Shown here: positions 9,569 through 19,014 of the stretch, piece after piece
Position numbering within the stretch: position 1 is the stretch's first letter
Layout: every line of letters starts with the position of its first letter
Sequence record: MT811961.1
Length of the DNA: 64,000 nt
Direction: 5' to 3' (one strand)
Position numbers and translations under genes: made by a program
Notes under the pieces: model-generated
What the model was told of the DNA's origin: nothing
Database searches by the model: none
The model's input: only the letters and a program-made list of their open reading frames with translations

Positions 9569-12048
9569 TATCGTAGCTGGATGTTTTCGTTATACGCGCC
9601 AGATGGTACCCCAATGTTATCAGGGTTCATTACCACCAAATCGGCATTCGTAAAACCACCATACTCAGAAGCATAATGTGATACCAAGAAGATAGAACGG
9701 AATTCACCATTATCTACTAAGTCACGAATGTACTTCATAAAGTTGCCGCGGTGAAGCGGATCCATATTTGCCGATGTCTCATCTAAAAGAAGCGGGAAGT
9801 TCGTCAGACCTAATTGACACATCACGACCATAGTCATTGCAAAGTTTACAATTTCCTTCTGGCCAGCAGATAAGTCTTTTATGTCTGGTCCGTTAAGTCC
9901 TTCGATTTGAGTAAAGAATTGGAAGTCCAACTTCTTACCAAATTCTGGAACAACAAGTTTGAGTTCTTTTTCCCAAACGTCTCCAATTATATCATTGATT
10001 GCTCTGGACACAGCCGAAATGACAGTAAGCAATTGTTCACCAACCAATCCTCGATTTGAACTCAAGCAATGTAAAAGTACTTCAAATGAAGCTTTCTTGG
10101 CAGAGAGAGCTTTTTCCTCTTCATCAAGTTCTTTAAGGCGGTTTTCAACAAGTTGATAATCATGGATAGTTTTGTTCATCATAGCCAAGTGCGATTGCTT
10201 TTCACGAACAACGTCGTTGGTTGCTTTTTCGCCCATCGCTTTTGCAAGATTGTGACAATGAGTCATGAATTCTTTTTCGTAATTAGAAAGAGCGTTCATG
10301 GCCTCGCCCATCTTTTGCAAAATTGCACGGATGGTTTGGTTACGCTTGTAGGACTCTTCGATTTCCTTCTTCAATTGATAGAGCTCGTTGAGTTCGCTTT
10401 CAACAGCTTTGAAGCGAGAAAGTATTTTTTCCTTTCCAGAAACATTCATTAACGATAGCAAAAGTTTCTTCTCAGAAATTGTTTTCTCCAAGTCACGTCG
10501 GCCGATTGCGTCTTTGACTGCAAGATGTTCCTGATGCAGATTGCTAATTGAGTTTCGTGTACCTGTCATTACTTGAGCAGGCGAGTCAGGAGCCATTATC
10601 GTACGTGTTTGTGGATAACGCATTGCAATACCACGCAGATGCTTCAGGGCGTCCATATAGTAATGCTGCTTCTGTCTCTCGGCATCGATTAATGCGAATG
10701 CCTTTTCCTCGTTTTCAAGTTTGATTTCTTCTTCACGCAGTTCTTGCTTTAAAGCACCGATACGTTCTAAAGAAAGTGCGCCATCTGCTAATATCTCAGT
10801 CTTACACTCTGGACATTGAATGTTGCCCTCGCGTGCTGCCTCTGCATGTGCTATCTTTTGTTTGATCGCATTGATGCCAGATTTTAAATTAGAAATGGAG
10901 CCGGTTAAATGATTATGTTTTTCGGTCGTCCGCTCAACATCATCGCGCTTGAAAATAACTGGAACCTCAGGAAATACTTCCATATAATTAAGGAGAGCTG
11001 CATGGCATTCTAATAGTTCCTGCATGTAGCCTTCCAGATTTGGCACCTCTTGCTGTGGAATACGAGAGTACTCTTTGTGCTCGGCTTCTAGTCTTTCGAT
11101 TTCCTTTTCTAGGTTTCCTTTATTTGTGTCCTCTGGCAAGTTAGCAAACTTTGCTGCTTGTTCTTCCAGTTGACCAAATTCTTTTACGTTCGTTTGAATC
11201 TTATTTGTAATGTCTTCCAAACGATGTTCGTCTTTTGCTACGCGGTCATTAACACCATCCAGTGGAATTGGCACATCGCCATCTCGGTTACTGTACTCTG
11301 GTGCAATAGCCTGTAGCTTTTTGATAAGCTGGCTATAGCCACGATAAACAGAAGCAATCTTGCCTTGAACCAATTGGATTGCAGTCTCATGTAGGTTCAC
11401 ATCAATAGAAAAGTTCGTACGAGGAATAATAGACGTCAACTCTTCTTGAAGTAATCTTGCTTGTTCTTCCAACTCATCTGTGTTCTGCATTGTAGCCAAT
11501 TGCTTCGCTGCATCTGCATATTTACCACGCAAGTGCTTTAATGCACCCTGGATGTCTCTGTGTGCAATTCTAAGCTTGTCAAAGACTTCTAATGCATAAT
11601 CAAGTTCTAAACCAGAGATCATAATCAGCAGGTCTTTGCGGGCGTTTGGTGACATCTCGGTAAATTGCAGTTTACCCGTCAATAGCTTATGATGGAAAGC
11701 CGTATAACCAAAATGGGATTCAACCAACTGCTTCTGAACTACACCTGTACCACCTTGGTTTAGGTTTACGTCACCCATCCAGAACTCATGATGAGGAGCG
11801 CTACCTTTATAGTGACTAATCATTTTAAAGGCGACGCCGTTTTCCTCTACTTCGAGTTCTCGGCAACCGCCCTTTTGAAATTCTTTCTTGTCTAACGGAA
11901 CAAGTGATAGTGCACGCAATAGCGATGACTTACCAGAACCGTTTGTTCCTACGATGATTTGTAATAGGCTTTTCGGTGTGTACTCTAATTCTGTTACTCC
12001 ACAGAAACCCATCGGAATAAAGCCTTTAAGATATAGGCGTGTGATCAT
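9568..12048 (-). CDS. sbcC: SbcC/Rad50-like SMC-family ATPase (826 aa; phiKZ gp165-like)
   Basis: Walker A GTNGSGKSS, long coiled coils with central zinc hook CPEC, signature LSAGQ and Walker B LLLDE. The start is placed at ATG 12048 (MITRLYLKGF, AGGA SD) rather than at 12291. Confidence 0.9.
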   Translation of the reverse strand: MITRLYLKGFIPMGFCGVTELEYTPKSLLQIIVGTNGSGKSSLLRALSLVPLDKKEFQKGGCRELEVEENGVAFKMISHYKGSAPHHEFWMGDVNLNQGGTGVVQKQLVESHFGYTAFHHKLLTGKLQFTEMSPNARKDLLIMISGLELDYALEVFDKLRIAHRDIQGALKHLRGKYADAAKQLATMQNTDELEEQARLLQEELTSIIPRTNFSIDVNLHETAIQLVQGKIASVYRGYSQLIKKLQAIAPEYSNRDGDVPIPLDGVNDRVAKDEHRLEDITNKIQTNVKEFGQLEEQAAKFANLPEDTNKGNLEKEIERLEAEHKEYSRIPQQEVPNLEGYMQELLECHAALLNYMEVFPEVPVIFKRDDVERTTEKHNHLTGSISNLKSGINAIKQKIAHAEAAREGNIQCPECKTEILADGALSLERIGALKQELREEEIKLENEEKAFALIDAERQKQHYYMDALKHLRGIAMRYPQTRTIMAPDSPAQVMTGTRNSISNLHQEHLAVKDAIGRRDLEKTISEKKLLLSLMNVSGKEKILSRFKAVESELNELYQLKKEIEESYKRNQTIRAILQKMGEAMNALSNYEKEFMTHCHNLAKAMGEKATNDVVREKQSHLAMMNKTIHDYQLVENRLKELDEEEKALSAKKASFEVLLHCLSSNRGLVGEQLLTVISAVSRAINDIIGDVWEKELKLVVPEFGKKLDFQFFTQIEGLNGPDIKDLSAGQKEIVNFAMTMVVMCQLGLTNFPLLLDETSANMDPLHRGNFMKYIRDLVDNGEFRSIFLVSHYASEYGGFTNADLVVMNPDNIGVPSGAYNENIQLR

Positions 12049-12112
12049 TGTGCTAATCCTTATAATCTCTACTATACAAATTGTGTAGTAAATTTTTAAT
12101 GAGGAGTCCGTT

Positions 12113-12937
12113 ATGTCCGGTCCAATCTTGCGTCGAGTTTCTCGTGGCATTGTTGCTGCGAATAAGTCACGCGGTACAGATCTAATATCAGCCTGGCCTA
12201 TTGATTTATTGCCAGAACTAAATGGTGAACTCACCACCGACAGTGAGACAATAGAAGTAAAAGCAATCAATGACATGGGCAGTCCTGTCACTTACCGCGC
12301 TAAACGCAGTGCTGTTTTAAAGAACATCAAATGGTTCGGTGAGACTAACCGTGTATTGCCTCCTGACGTACGTCGTGGGGAGCGCGTCGATATCTGGCAG
12401 ATAGGTAATGACGATCGTTATTACTGGGTCAGCGAAGGCAAAGACGATGTTCTACGTCGTTTAGAAACTTGGGCTTTTGCTATCTCGGCCAACCCAGATA
12501 ATGCAAAGCACAACGACGAAACAAATACCTATCGATGGGAATGGTCTTCTCATGACAAGCACATTACTCTTGTTACCACAATGGCTAATGGTGAACGTGC
12601 CGCTTGGATTGAACAGTACAACCTAGAAGAAGGCTACTGGGTACGAGAAGACGAGAAAGGTAATAGCTGGACTTTCGATAGTACGAATACCGATTTTAAA
12701 TTCGAGAATGTGGATGGCTCAATCATCCAGATGATCAAAGAAGACATTAACTTGAAGTGTAAGAACTTCAATGTCGATGCCGATAACATCACCGTTAAAT
12801 CCAAGAAAACCACATGGAGCAATTCAGATGCATGGAACCTTAGTACGGGCACCTTTGGTGTGGATGCGAAGAATTCTGCTGAGCTTAAAGCCGGCGGATC
12901 TGTTACCATTAATGGTTCTACTGTTGCGATCAACTAG
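12113..12937 (+). CDS. Baseplate central spike / puncturing protein (phiKZ gp164-like, 274 aa)
   Basis: The C-terminal half is made of short beta-strand repeats (beta-helix-like). The gene is divergent from SbcC and upstream of a PAAR gene. GAGGAG SD. Confidence 0.7.
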   Translation: MSGPILRRVSRGIVAANKSRGTDLISAWPIDLLPELNGELTTDSETIEVKAINDMGSPVTYRAKRSAVLKNIKWFGETNRVLPPDVRRGERVDIWQIGNDDRYYWVSEGKDDVLRRLETWAFAISANPDNAKHNDETNTYRWEWSSHDKHITLVTTMANGERAAWIEQYNLEEGYWVREDEKGNSWTFDSTNTDFKFENVDGSIIQMIKEDINLKCKNFNVDADNITVKSKKTTWSNSDAWNLSTGTFGVDAKNSAELKAGGSVTINGSTVAIN

Positions 12938-12946
12938 GAGTAGAAT

Positions 12947-13567
12947 ATGTCATTACCAGGTCCGATTGAATCAGCCAGTAATCCCTTTGAACTCACCGTC
13001 AATGTCAGAGAAGATCCGCTTGGCTTTACAATGGTTGAAACCTCCGTAATTGAAGACCAGTATATTGTATTCGGAGTTCAAAAATCACTTACTGCCGGAG
13101 GAGGCTCATCTGGCGGTGGTGGTGCAGGAGACGAAGGTGGCGACGCAGGTCCTCCACCTCCTTCCTGGACTCCAAAGTCTTTAGTTGTAGAAGAACTCAC
13201 CAACACGGGGCTTACTTATAGCCCCGAACACTTTAGTTTTAGTGGACGATATGCAGCATCTCTATTTGGCAACGCCAAGATCCAATATCTTAAAGCCGAC
13301 CAGAAAACAATTGTTACTGTGTACTCTTGGTCTGATGTTCCTGAACCTACCGACCCTGATTTCTTTAGTCTCATTCTTTTTCAAGACAGTGGTGTAAGAA
13401 CCACAACAGCCCGCTACAAAGCAACGGCCGTTATCGAGAAAGACGAAATGGGCGTCAAGACAGAAGAGACGATTAGCTCAGAGTTTACACAGATAGTAAC
13501 CAACGACTGGACAAGTGGCAGAGATGCCTTAGTCGACTCAACCAATCCAGGAGGTACAGATGGGTAA
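12947..13567 (+). CDS. Hypothetical baseplate-associated protein with Gly/Pro-rich insert (206 aa)
   Basis: AGGAG SD; 8-nt overlap with the PAAR gene; contains GGGSSGGGGAGDEGGDAGPPPPS. Confidence 0.6.
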   Translation: MSLPGPIESASNPFELTVNVREDPLGFTMVETSVIEDQYIVFGVQKSLTAGGGSSGGGGAGDEGGDAGPPPPSWTPKSLVVEELTNTGLTYSPEHFSFSGRYAASLFGNAKIQYLKADQKTIVTVYSWSDVPEPTDPDFFSLILFQDSGVRTTTARYKATAVIEKDEMGVKTEETISSEFTQIVTNDWTSGRDALVDSTNPGGTDG

Positions 13568-13859
13568 ACCAGCTTCATCGGGTACACAGCCCTGTACAGG
13601 ACATGGATGTTTCCCACCGTCTACTGTTACTGGCACTTCTCCTGATGTCACAATCAATGGCCAGCCTGCAATGTTAGCCGGGGATCCCATGGCTCCTCAT
13701 ACCTGTGTTAGAAAACCCTATCCTACACACGGCTCGACTATTGTCGGTGGCAGTGGAACTGTACTGATCAATGGCAAACCTTCTGTAAGAATCGGAGACC
13801 CAGTGGGTTGTGGTTCTGCCGTTGCCGGTGGTTCATCAGATGTCTTTATTGGCGGATAA
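13560..13859 (+). CDS. PAAR-repeat spike tip protein (99 aa)
   Basis: Repeats V(T/L)INGxPxxxxGDP with Cys/His metal ligands (CTGHGC, HTC, H, C) and C-terminal VFIGG, as in T4 gp5.4 / PAAR proteins. Confidence 0.92.
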   Translation: MGKPASSGTQPCTGHGCFPPSTVTGTSPDVTINGQPAMLAGDPMAPHTCVRKPYPTHGSTIVGGSGTVLINGKPSVRIGDPVGCGSAVAGGSSDVFIGG

Positions 13860-13864
13860 TAAAA

Positions 13865-13902
13865 CTCCCTCTCCCTTTCGGGAGGGGGAGCTTATCTTTT
13901 TT
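13865..13902. terminator. Rho-independent terminator between convergent genes
   Basis: CTCCCTCTCCC-TTTC-GGGAGGGGGAG followed by a T-rich tract. Confidence 0.75.
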
Positions 13903-14512
13903 AGCCTAATAGGTCACGAAGACGAATAATCTCTTCTTGGAACAATATGATGCGTGTAGCTTGTGCGGCGATAATCTTCTGTTGTTCAATTACCTTTTGC
14001 TCACTCGATGGTGTTACCTCTCGAAGTGTTGCACGCATTGCTTCAATCTGTTCATGTTCGGCATTAGTCACTGTGTTGGTTACCGGATGGGCAACTTGTC
14101 GTATCAGTGGCGTGATACCAATATCTGATTTAACAACGTCTTTAAGTCGTTCTACAAGAGAAACAAAAGAAGTATTGCCAGGCAACATACCCAGTTGAAT
14201 TGCCAAGTAGTACTGGTTGTACTCAACCGCATCGACGCCAGGGGCTTGAAGTATATAACTCGTAGGGACAAGAATTGGATCTTTCCCTTCTGCTATTAGC
14301 GTAACGATATCTACTTTGTTTAATTTATCCTCGCGGAACTTGGCCTCATCGATTCCAAGTGGAGAATAGTAACGAAGATAAACATCAACACCGGCTAACT
14401 CTAGTGCTTCGAAACCATTAATTGCCTGACAACTATAAACGATACTAGGGTCAGCTGTAAACGGTTGCTCTAGAACCCACTGACCTGTCGCATTAATTTC
14501 TGGACGGATCAT
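13901..14512 (-). CDS. Conserved phiKZ-like hypothetical/virion protein (203 aa)
   Basis: Clean ORF with an AAGGA SD; C-terminal coiled coil. Confidence 0.55.
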   Translation of the reverse strand: MIRPEINATGQWVLEQPFTADPSIVYSCQAINGFEALELAGVDVYLRYYSPLGIDEAKFREDKLNKVDIVTLIAEGKDPILVPTSYILQAPGVDAVEYNQYYLAIQLGMLPGNTSFVSLVERLKDVVKSDIGITPLIRQVAHPVTNTVTNAEHEQIEAMRATLREVTPSSEQKVIEQQKIIAAQATRIILFQEEIIRLRDLLG

Positions 14513-14522
14513 TGCTTATTCC

Positions 14523-15818
14523 TTATGGACGAACGTAATCGGCTTTGACAAGCATTTTGAATAACATACCATCTACGGCTGTTTCCAGGAATGTCTTGTT
14601 GTTGATCACATTGCGAGTAATGTTACCAGGTAAAACAGTTACACCTGAATAAGCTTCTGCCAGCATGGCCAGAGTCTCAAGTGTTTGAATCGCTGTTTTC
14701 GTAGTATTGGATACGTGACCAGAAACTGGTTCGTTAACCATGAACATTGTGTAGTCAGGATACATAGTCGAGAACAAACGCTCTTCGTCTGAGTTACCTA
14801 GACCGCCGATAACTACCATAGGTAATGACTTCTTGAAGATGGTCATCATCTCGCCCTGTTCTGTCCATTCGGTAGCATTACGAGTTTGGAAGTTTTCAGC
14901 ACCAATCTTAATTGCCTCGCCCATATTTAGAATAGGTCGATAGTATGCATCAATGCCGTTACCCGCCGATACTGCTTCTTGGTCCCAGATCGGTACAAAA
15001 GTAAAGTTATCTTCTACTTGGATATCTGGAAGGTAGTTACGCCAAGTGTCGATACTCGAGCCAGAGTTAAGTGTCAGATAATCACGAATCGCTTGAAGGA
15101 TAACATCAGTACGCATTGACTCCGCACCCCAACCCAAGATCGTCCAGAAAGTATTGATCTGGTTGTTCTCTGCGTCTTTCCAGCGCAGGCGATAAACGGT
15201 ACGATGCGAGTTTGGTGTCTTACCAATCGTGTCTGATTCCAGTGCAGCGATGTCTGTTGGGTCTACGTTGTTCAGTAGTGCGACTACGTTTGTAAATGTA
15301 TCTTGAAGTTGCGTTACAGGGAAAATAGGTGGCACAACGGCGATTTCATATTCCTTGTAGTTTGCTTCAAAATAGCTACTCGACATATAAAGACGCAATA
15401 GGAAAGTATTACCGCCAACATCAAAGTTTACTTCGATGTGGTCAATCAGAGTCTTGCCCGATACTGGTACATCGCTACCCACGGCTACGTTGTAAAGGTC
15501 CGTAAATGTAGTCTCCAAGAACGAACGACCAGTAGAACCACCCGTGTAGTTCAAAGAAATCTGATGGGCAATATCCATTGCCTTACTAACACCTGCTAGA
15601 GGCACCGCTACATCCGCTTCGTTTTGCTTGCAGCTAAACACTTGGATTGTAGTACCAGGAAATACACCTGGGTCACTATAAGTTCTAAGGTCACGCGTAT
15701 ATGCCTTGGCGCGTGGAGACAGTTCACCCGCCGGTGTCGTAACCTTATTGTCGTTGCTGATCAGTGACTGGATTTCAGCGAACGCATCAATAATATAAAC
15801 CACGTCTCTATTCTCCAT
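14523..15818 (-). CDS. phiKZ-like virion structural protein (431 aa; gp157-like by position)
   Basis: Long ORF located between the spike module and RNase H, matching the phiKZ-like arrangement. Confidence 0.55.
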   Translation of the reverse strand: MENRDVVYIIDAFAEIQSLISNDNKVTTPAGELSPRAKAYTRDLRTYSDPGVFPGTTIQVFSCKQNEADVAVPLAGVSKAMDIAHQISLNYTGGSTGRSFLETTFTDLYNVAVGSDVPVSGKTLIDHIEVNFDVGGNTFLLRLYMSSSYFEANYKEYEIAVVPPIFPVTQLQDTFTNVVALLNNVDPTDIAALESDTIGKTPNSHRTVYRLRWKDAENNQINTFWTILGWGAESMRTDVILQAIRDYLTLNSGSSIDTWRNYLPDIQVEDNFTFVPIWDQEAVSAGNGIDAYYRPILNMGEAIKIGAENFQTRNATEWTEQGEMMTIFKKSLPMVVIGGLGNSDEERLFSTMYPDYTMFMVNEPVSGHVSNTTKTAIQTLETLAMLAEAYSGVTVLPGNITRNVINNKTFLETAVDGMLFKMLVKADYVRP

Positions 15819-15906
15819 CTGGGTTGATAAAAAGTTCTATCTAATTTATCTCCATCGTTTTGAACAAGCAGACGCAATTAAATAGTGAAAATTCTGGAGT
15901 AAACCC

Positions 15907-16290
15907 ATGCAACGTTTAGCCTTTCTACTCAGCGTAGTAAAATACCTACAAAAATATTATTCTATTAGTACCGCAATAATCATCACCGTACTTTTAAACA
16001 TTCTTGTTACCTTGCCTCTTTACACTGTGGGGGAACAACCAACAGATAGTGTCGAGACTGTTAAGACTGAACTAGTTCAAACACAAAACGAACTCGCAGA
16101 GGCAAAACAGTTTCTTGAATCCTATCGAGCCGAACTAAAGAAAACGAAGGCAGAAAATGAACAACTACGAAAAGACCTTCAGTCCGCAATGACAGCTCTA
16201 AATGAATACAAAGTCGCACTGGCCGAAGCCAAGGCGAACGAATCAGAAAAAGTTACTACTACACCGAACCCACAAAAGTGGCCATGGTAA
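15907..16290 (+). CDS. Putative i-spanin (Rz-like), 127 aa
   Basis: N-terminal hydrophobic segment (ISTAIIITVLLNILVTLPLY) followed by a long coiled coil; directly upstream of a lipoprotein gene. Confidence 0.6.
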   Translation: MQRLAFLLSVVKYLQKYYSISTAIIITVLLNILVTLPLYTVGEQPTDSVETVKTELVQTQNELAEAKQFLESYRAELKKTKAENEQLRKDLQSAMTALNEYKVALAEAKANESEKVTTTPNPQKWPW

Positions 16291-16307
16291 TATAAGAGGA
16301 ATCCACC

Positions 16308-16664
16308 ATGAAAAACCTATTTACTTTCTTCGCATCTCTTTTGCTTCTAGCTGGTTGTACAATCAACGTTAATTACCCTGATGCTCCTGGAGGTCTGCGT
16401 GATGTCAATATTGATATCCCTGCACCAGTTGTCAATGTAGAAGCACCCGACGCCAAGCCAATGATTGTCGAAAAAGAAATCGTCACCAAATACTGTAAGA
16501 TACCAGCTCTTGAACGTTTGCTTTTATTAGAAGAACCACGAGAAGCTGACTACAAAGCAAACAATGATTGGCAAGGTTATGGCGAAGCATTAGAAGCCTA
16601 CATCGCACGAATCAAAGAACTTAAAACCGAAATCCAAATCCAGCGACTGGACTGTGAGGAATAA
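16308..16664 (+). CDS. Putative o-spanin lipoprotein (Rz1-like), 118 aa
   Basis: Signal peptide II with lipobox LLLAG-C, a Pro-rich segment, and two further Cys. GAGGA SD. Confidence 0.65.
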   Translation: MKNLFTFFASLLLLAGCTINVNYPDAPGGLRDVNIDIPAPVVNVEAPDAKPMIVEKEIVTKYCKIPALERLLLLEEPREADYKANNDWQGYGEALEAYIARIKELKTEIQIQRLDCEE

Positions 16665-16666
16665 AA

Positions 16667-18028
16667 ATGAAATCTGTTACTATCCACACCGATGGTGGTG
16701 CAACAGCTGATGCTGAAGTTGGCTACTATGGTGGCTGGGGCGTTCACATCTCGGTCGACGAAGAAGATACTGAACTACTTATCTGTGCGGCATGTCCACA
16801 TGGTGACACAAACAACCGTGCAGAACAACGTGCTTATATCCGTGCAATGAAATGGGTATTGGAAAACGATGTTACTTATGCTCGCTTTATCCTCGATTCT
16901 AAATACGTAATCGAAGGTTCAATGCAATACATCCACATATGGGAAGCAAACAACTGGGTAACAAAAGAAGGCAAGCCAGTTAAGAACCGTGATTTGTGGA
17001 TCATGATTGATGCGTTACAACAACAGATGCAATCAAAGAACATCAAGTACCGACTAGACTGGGTTAAAGGTCACTCTGGCAAACACGGTAACGAAATGGC
17101 GGACCAAGGTGCTACACGCGGTACGGCTTTTGCTCGTGCAAGTGACTTCGATGAACGTATTCTTGATGTTAAGTCAATGCAAGAAGAAGTTGAAGCCAAA
17201 GCAGCTGAACGCAAGAAAGTAAAAGCGGTTGATCCTTTTGGTCTTCTTTGTGGTCGCCGTATGCTAGAAGTAATGAATGCTGAACGCATGACTGTTGACG
17301 GCAAGCGTGCGTACATGACTTGTAGTTACGACGACACAGACCCAATCAAAGCCCGTGGTCTAGGCGTACACTCTGGTGAACGTTTCGAAGGTTTGGTTGT
17401 TCCTAATGAACAGTTGGAAGCCTATGAAACAGTTGTCAATCACCAAGAGTCTATTCTATCAGATAGTTTGATTCGTCCTACTATTGTTTACTGGGATAAA
17501 CTTAAATCCACTCAAACCTGGAAACAACTTGCTTTAGATGGTATTGGTATTTTTCTTCAGCGTCGTGATGATCTAGTCCTGTCTGACAAAGCAACACCGA
17601 TTACGAAGTATCTAAACCCACCACGTCAAGCGCGTCGTTGTCTAGAGTCGATGACTAACAAGAAAGAGATCATTGAATCACTTCTTGCCGGTGGTGACTA
17701 TGATCGTATCGATGTTACTGATTTGTTCTTCGAAGAGAATGCAAAAGGTAAACTAGCCATTCGCCCAGATATTGCTAAAGAGAAGTCGGTTGAATACAAC
17801 TGGAAAGTAGATTCACGTACTGCTCGTATCATCATGGCGTTTGACTATGAGATTCCTAACCGCAACTCACTGGCGAAAACACTCAAGCAAGGTAAAGAGA
17901 TCAAGTGTGAACTTATCATCACTGACCGCACAGAGAACACGTTCCGCTGGCACATGCTGGTAACTACGCCGATTGGTTATGGTTTGTTTAACAATCCCTC
18001 AACTAACTTGTATGTTCTACCACATTAA
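16667..18028 (+). CDS. rnhA: Ribonuclease HI with C-terminal extension (453 aa; phiKZ gp155-like)
   Basis: RNase H motifs TDGG, TNNRAE, DSKYV and WVKGHSGKHGNEMAD in the N-terminal ~155 aa. Confidence 0.92.
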   Translation: MKSVTIHTDGGATADAEVGYYGGWGVHISVDEEDTELLICAACPHGDTNNRAEQRAYIRAMKWVLENDVTYARFILDSKYVIEGSMQYIHIWEANNWVTKEGKPVKNRDLWIMIDALQQQMQSKNIKYRLDWVKGHSGKHGNEMADQGATRGTAFARASDFDERILDVKSMQEEVEAKAAERKKVKAVDPFGLLCGRRMLEVMNAERMTVDGKRAYMTCSYDDTDPIKARGLGVHSGERFEGLVVPNEQLEAYETVVNHQESILSDSLIRPTIVYWDKLKSTQTWKQLALDGIGIFLQRRDDLVLSDKATPITKYLNPPRQARRCLESMTNKKEIIESLLAGGDYDRIDVTDLFFEENAKGKLAIRPDIAKEKSVEYNWKVDSRTARIIMAFDYEIPNRNSLAKTLKQGKEIKCELIITDRTENTFRWHMLVTTPIGYGLFNNPSTNLYVLPH

Positions 18029-18040
18029 TAAATAATAGTA

Positions 18041-18080
18041 CCTCTCTCCCGTTTGGGAGAGAGGATACATATTTTTTTTT
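18041..18080. terminator. Rho-independent terminator between convergent genes
   Basis: CCTCTCTCCC-GTTT-GGGAGAGAGG followed by a long T-run. Confidence 0.8.
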
Positions 18081-18920
18081 TTACTCTTCGAATTTACGAA
18101 GCTTGTCTACTGTTTTATTCCACGCTTCAATCGCGGTATTGGCAGTAAACAACATGACAGAAAGATATTCAGTTTCAACAGCAAGCTGCATTAGAGTTTG
18201 TGCCATCTGCTTCTTAGCACCCGCAGATAGTTCCGCCTTATCACCATTCGCTATTTTGTCTAGTAGCAGATTAAGATCTTTTAGGATCACTGCTTCTTTC
18301 TTTTGGAGTTCGACCAGATTTACTGAGCTTAGCATTTCTCCGATTTTAACCATTAGCTGCTCGGTATCTTTAAGACCGCGCATATTTCGGAAAGTTTTGC
18401 CGAATGCCTCGACTTCCGATACGACCTTAAGATCCTCAGGTTTATCTCCCTCGGCGTTAACACGCTTCAGATCTTTCTTCATCTTGTCAATGTCAACTGT
18501 GCGATAGTCACGAGAAGTCATCGGTTTGTTATGATAACCATCAAGTGAAACAGAGAACTGCATGTGCTCTGCCACTGGGTCATACAAACGTTGCTCGATG
18601 TCATGCAGCATCGTTAGTTGCTTGTAGATCTCTGTTGCATAACTAAGTATATCAGTTTTACAATAAGGAGGCAAATAAACATTTACGTCACGCAAGGCAG
18701 TATAGCCCAGTGACTCTAATTTCTGATGGTGTACGCCAAGTACATCTGGCGTAACGATGTCAGCAGTTTTCTTGTTGTTCAGTAGCCAATCGAGCGTCCC
18801 CGTAATGGCATCTTCTACATTGTCTACAAAAGAGTCGAAGCTTTCAAACTTTTCTGTGTCGAATTGGAACTCCTGCTTAATCGCATGTTCGGTATCGTCT
18901 AAAATAAATTCTAAAGACAT
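18081..18920 (-). CDS. Probable virion head protein (279 aa; gp153-like by position)
   Basis: Helical, acidic N-terminus (MSLEF...) and GGAG SD. It lies between RNase H and UvsX, as in phiKZ-like phages. Confidence 0.5.
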   Translation of the reverse strand: MSLEFILDDTEHAIKQEFQFDTEKFESFDSFVDNVEDAITGTLDWLLNNKKTADIVTPDVLGVHHQKLESLGYTALRDVNVYLPPYCKTDILSYATEIYKQLTMLHDIEQRLYDPVAEHMQFSVSLDGYHNKPMTSRDYRTVDIDKMKKDLKRVNAEGDKPEDLKVVSEVEAFGKTFRNMRGLKDTEQLMVKIGEMLSSVNLVELQKKEAVILKDLNLLLDKIANGDKAELSAGAKKQMAQTLMQLAVETEYLSVMLFTANTAIEAWNKTVDKLRKFEE

Positions 18921-19014
18921 GTTGGTTCTCCGGATGAATCAATCGTCAATTAAAACACAATTGTATAATTTGTTAGTGGAACTACTAAATTTGACACAAA
19001 GAGGAAACAATAAG

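Noticed and set aside
12049-12291. N-terminal extension of SbcC to 907 aa
   Set aside because: It overlaps the spike gene on the opposite strand; the SMC N-terminus and SD fit ATG 12048.
18757-19014. N-terminal extension of UvsX to 575 aa
   Set aside because: It is antisense to the 18081..18920 gene; a GAGG SD precedes ATG 19015.
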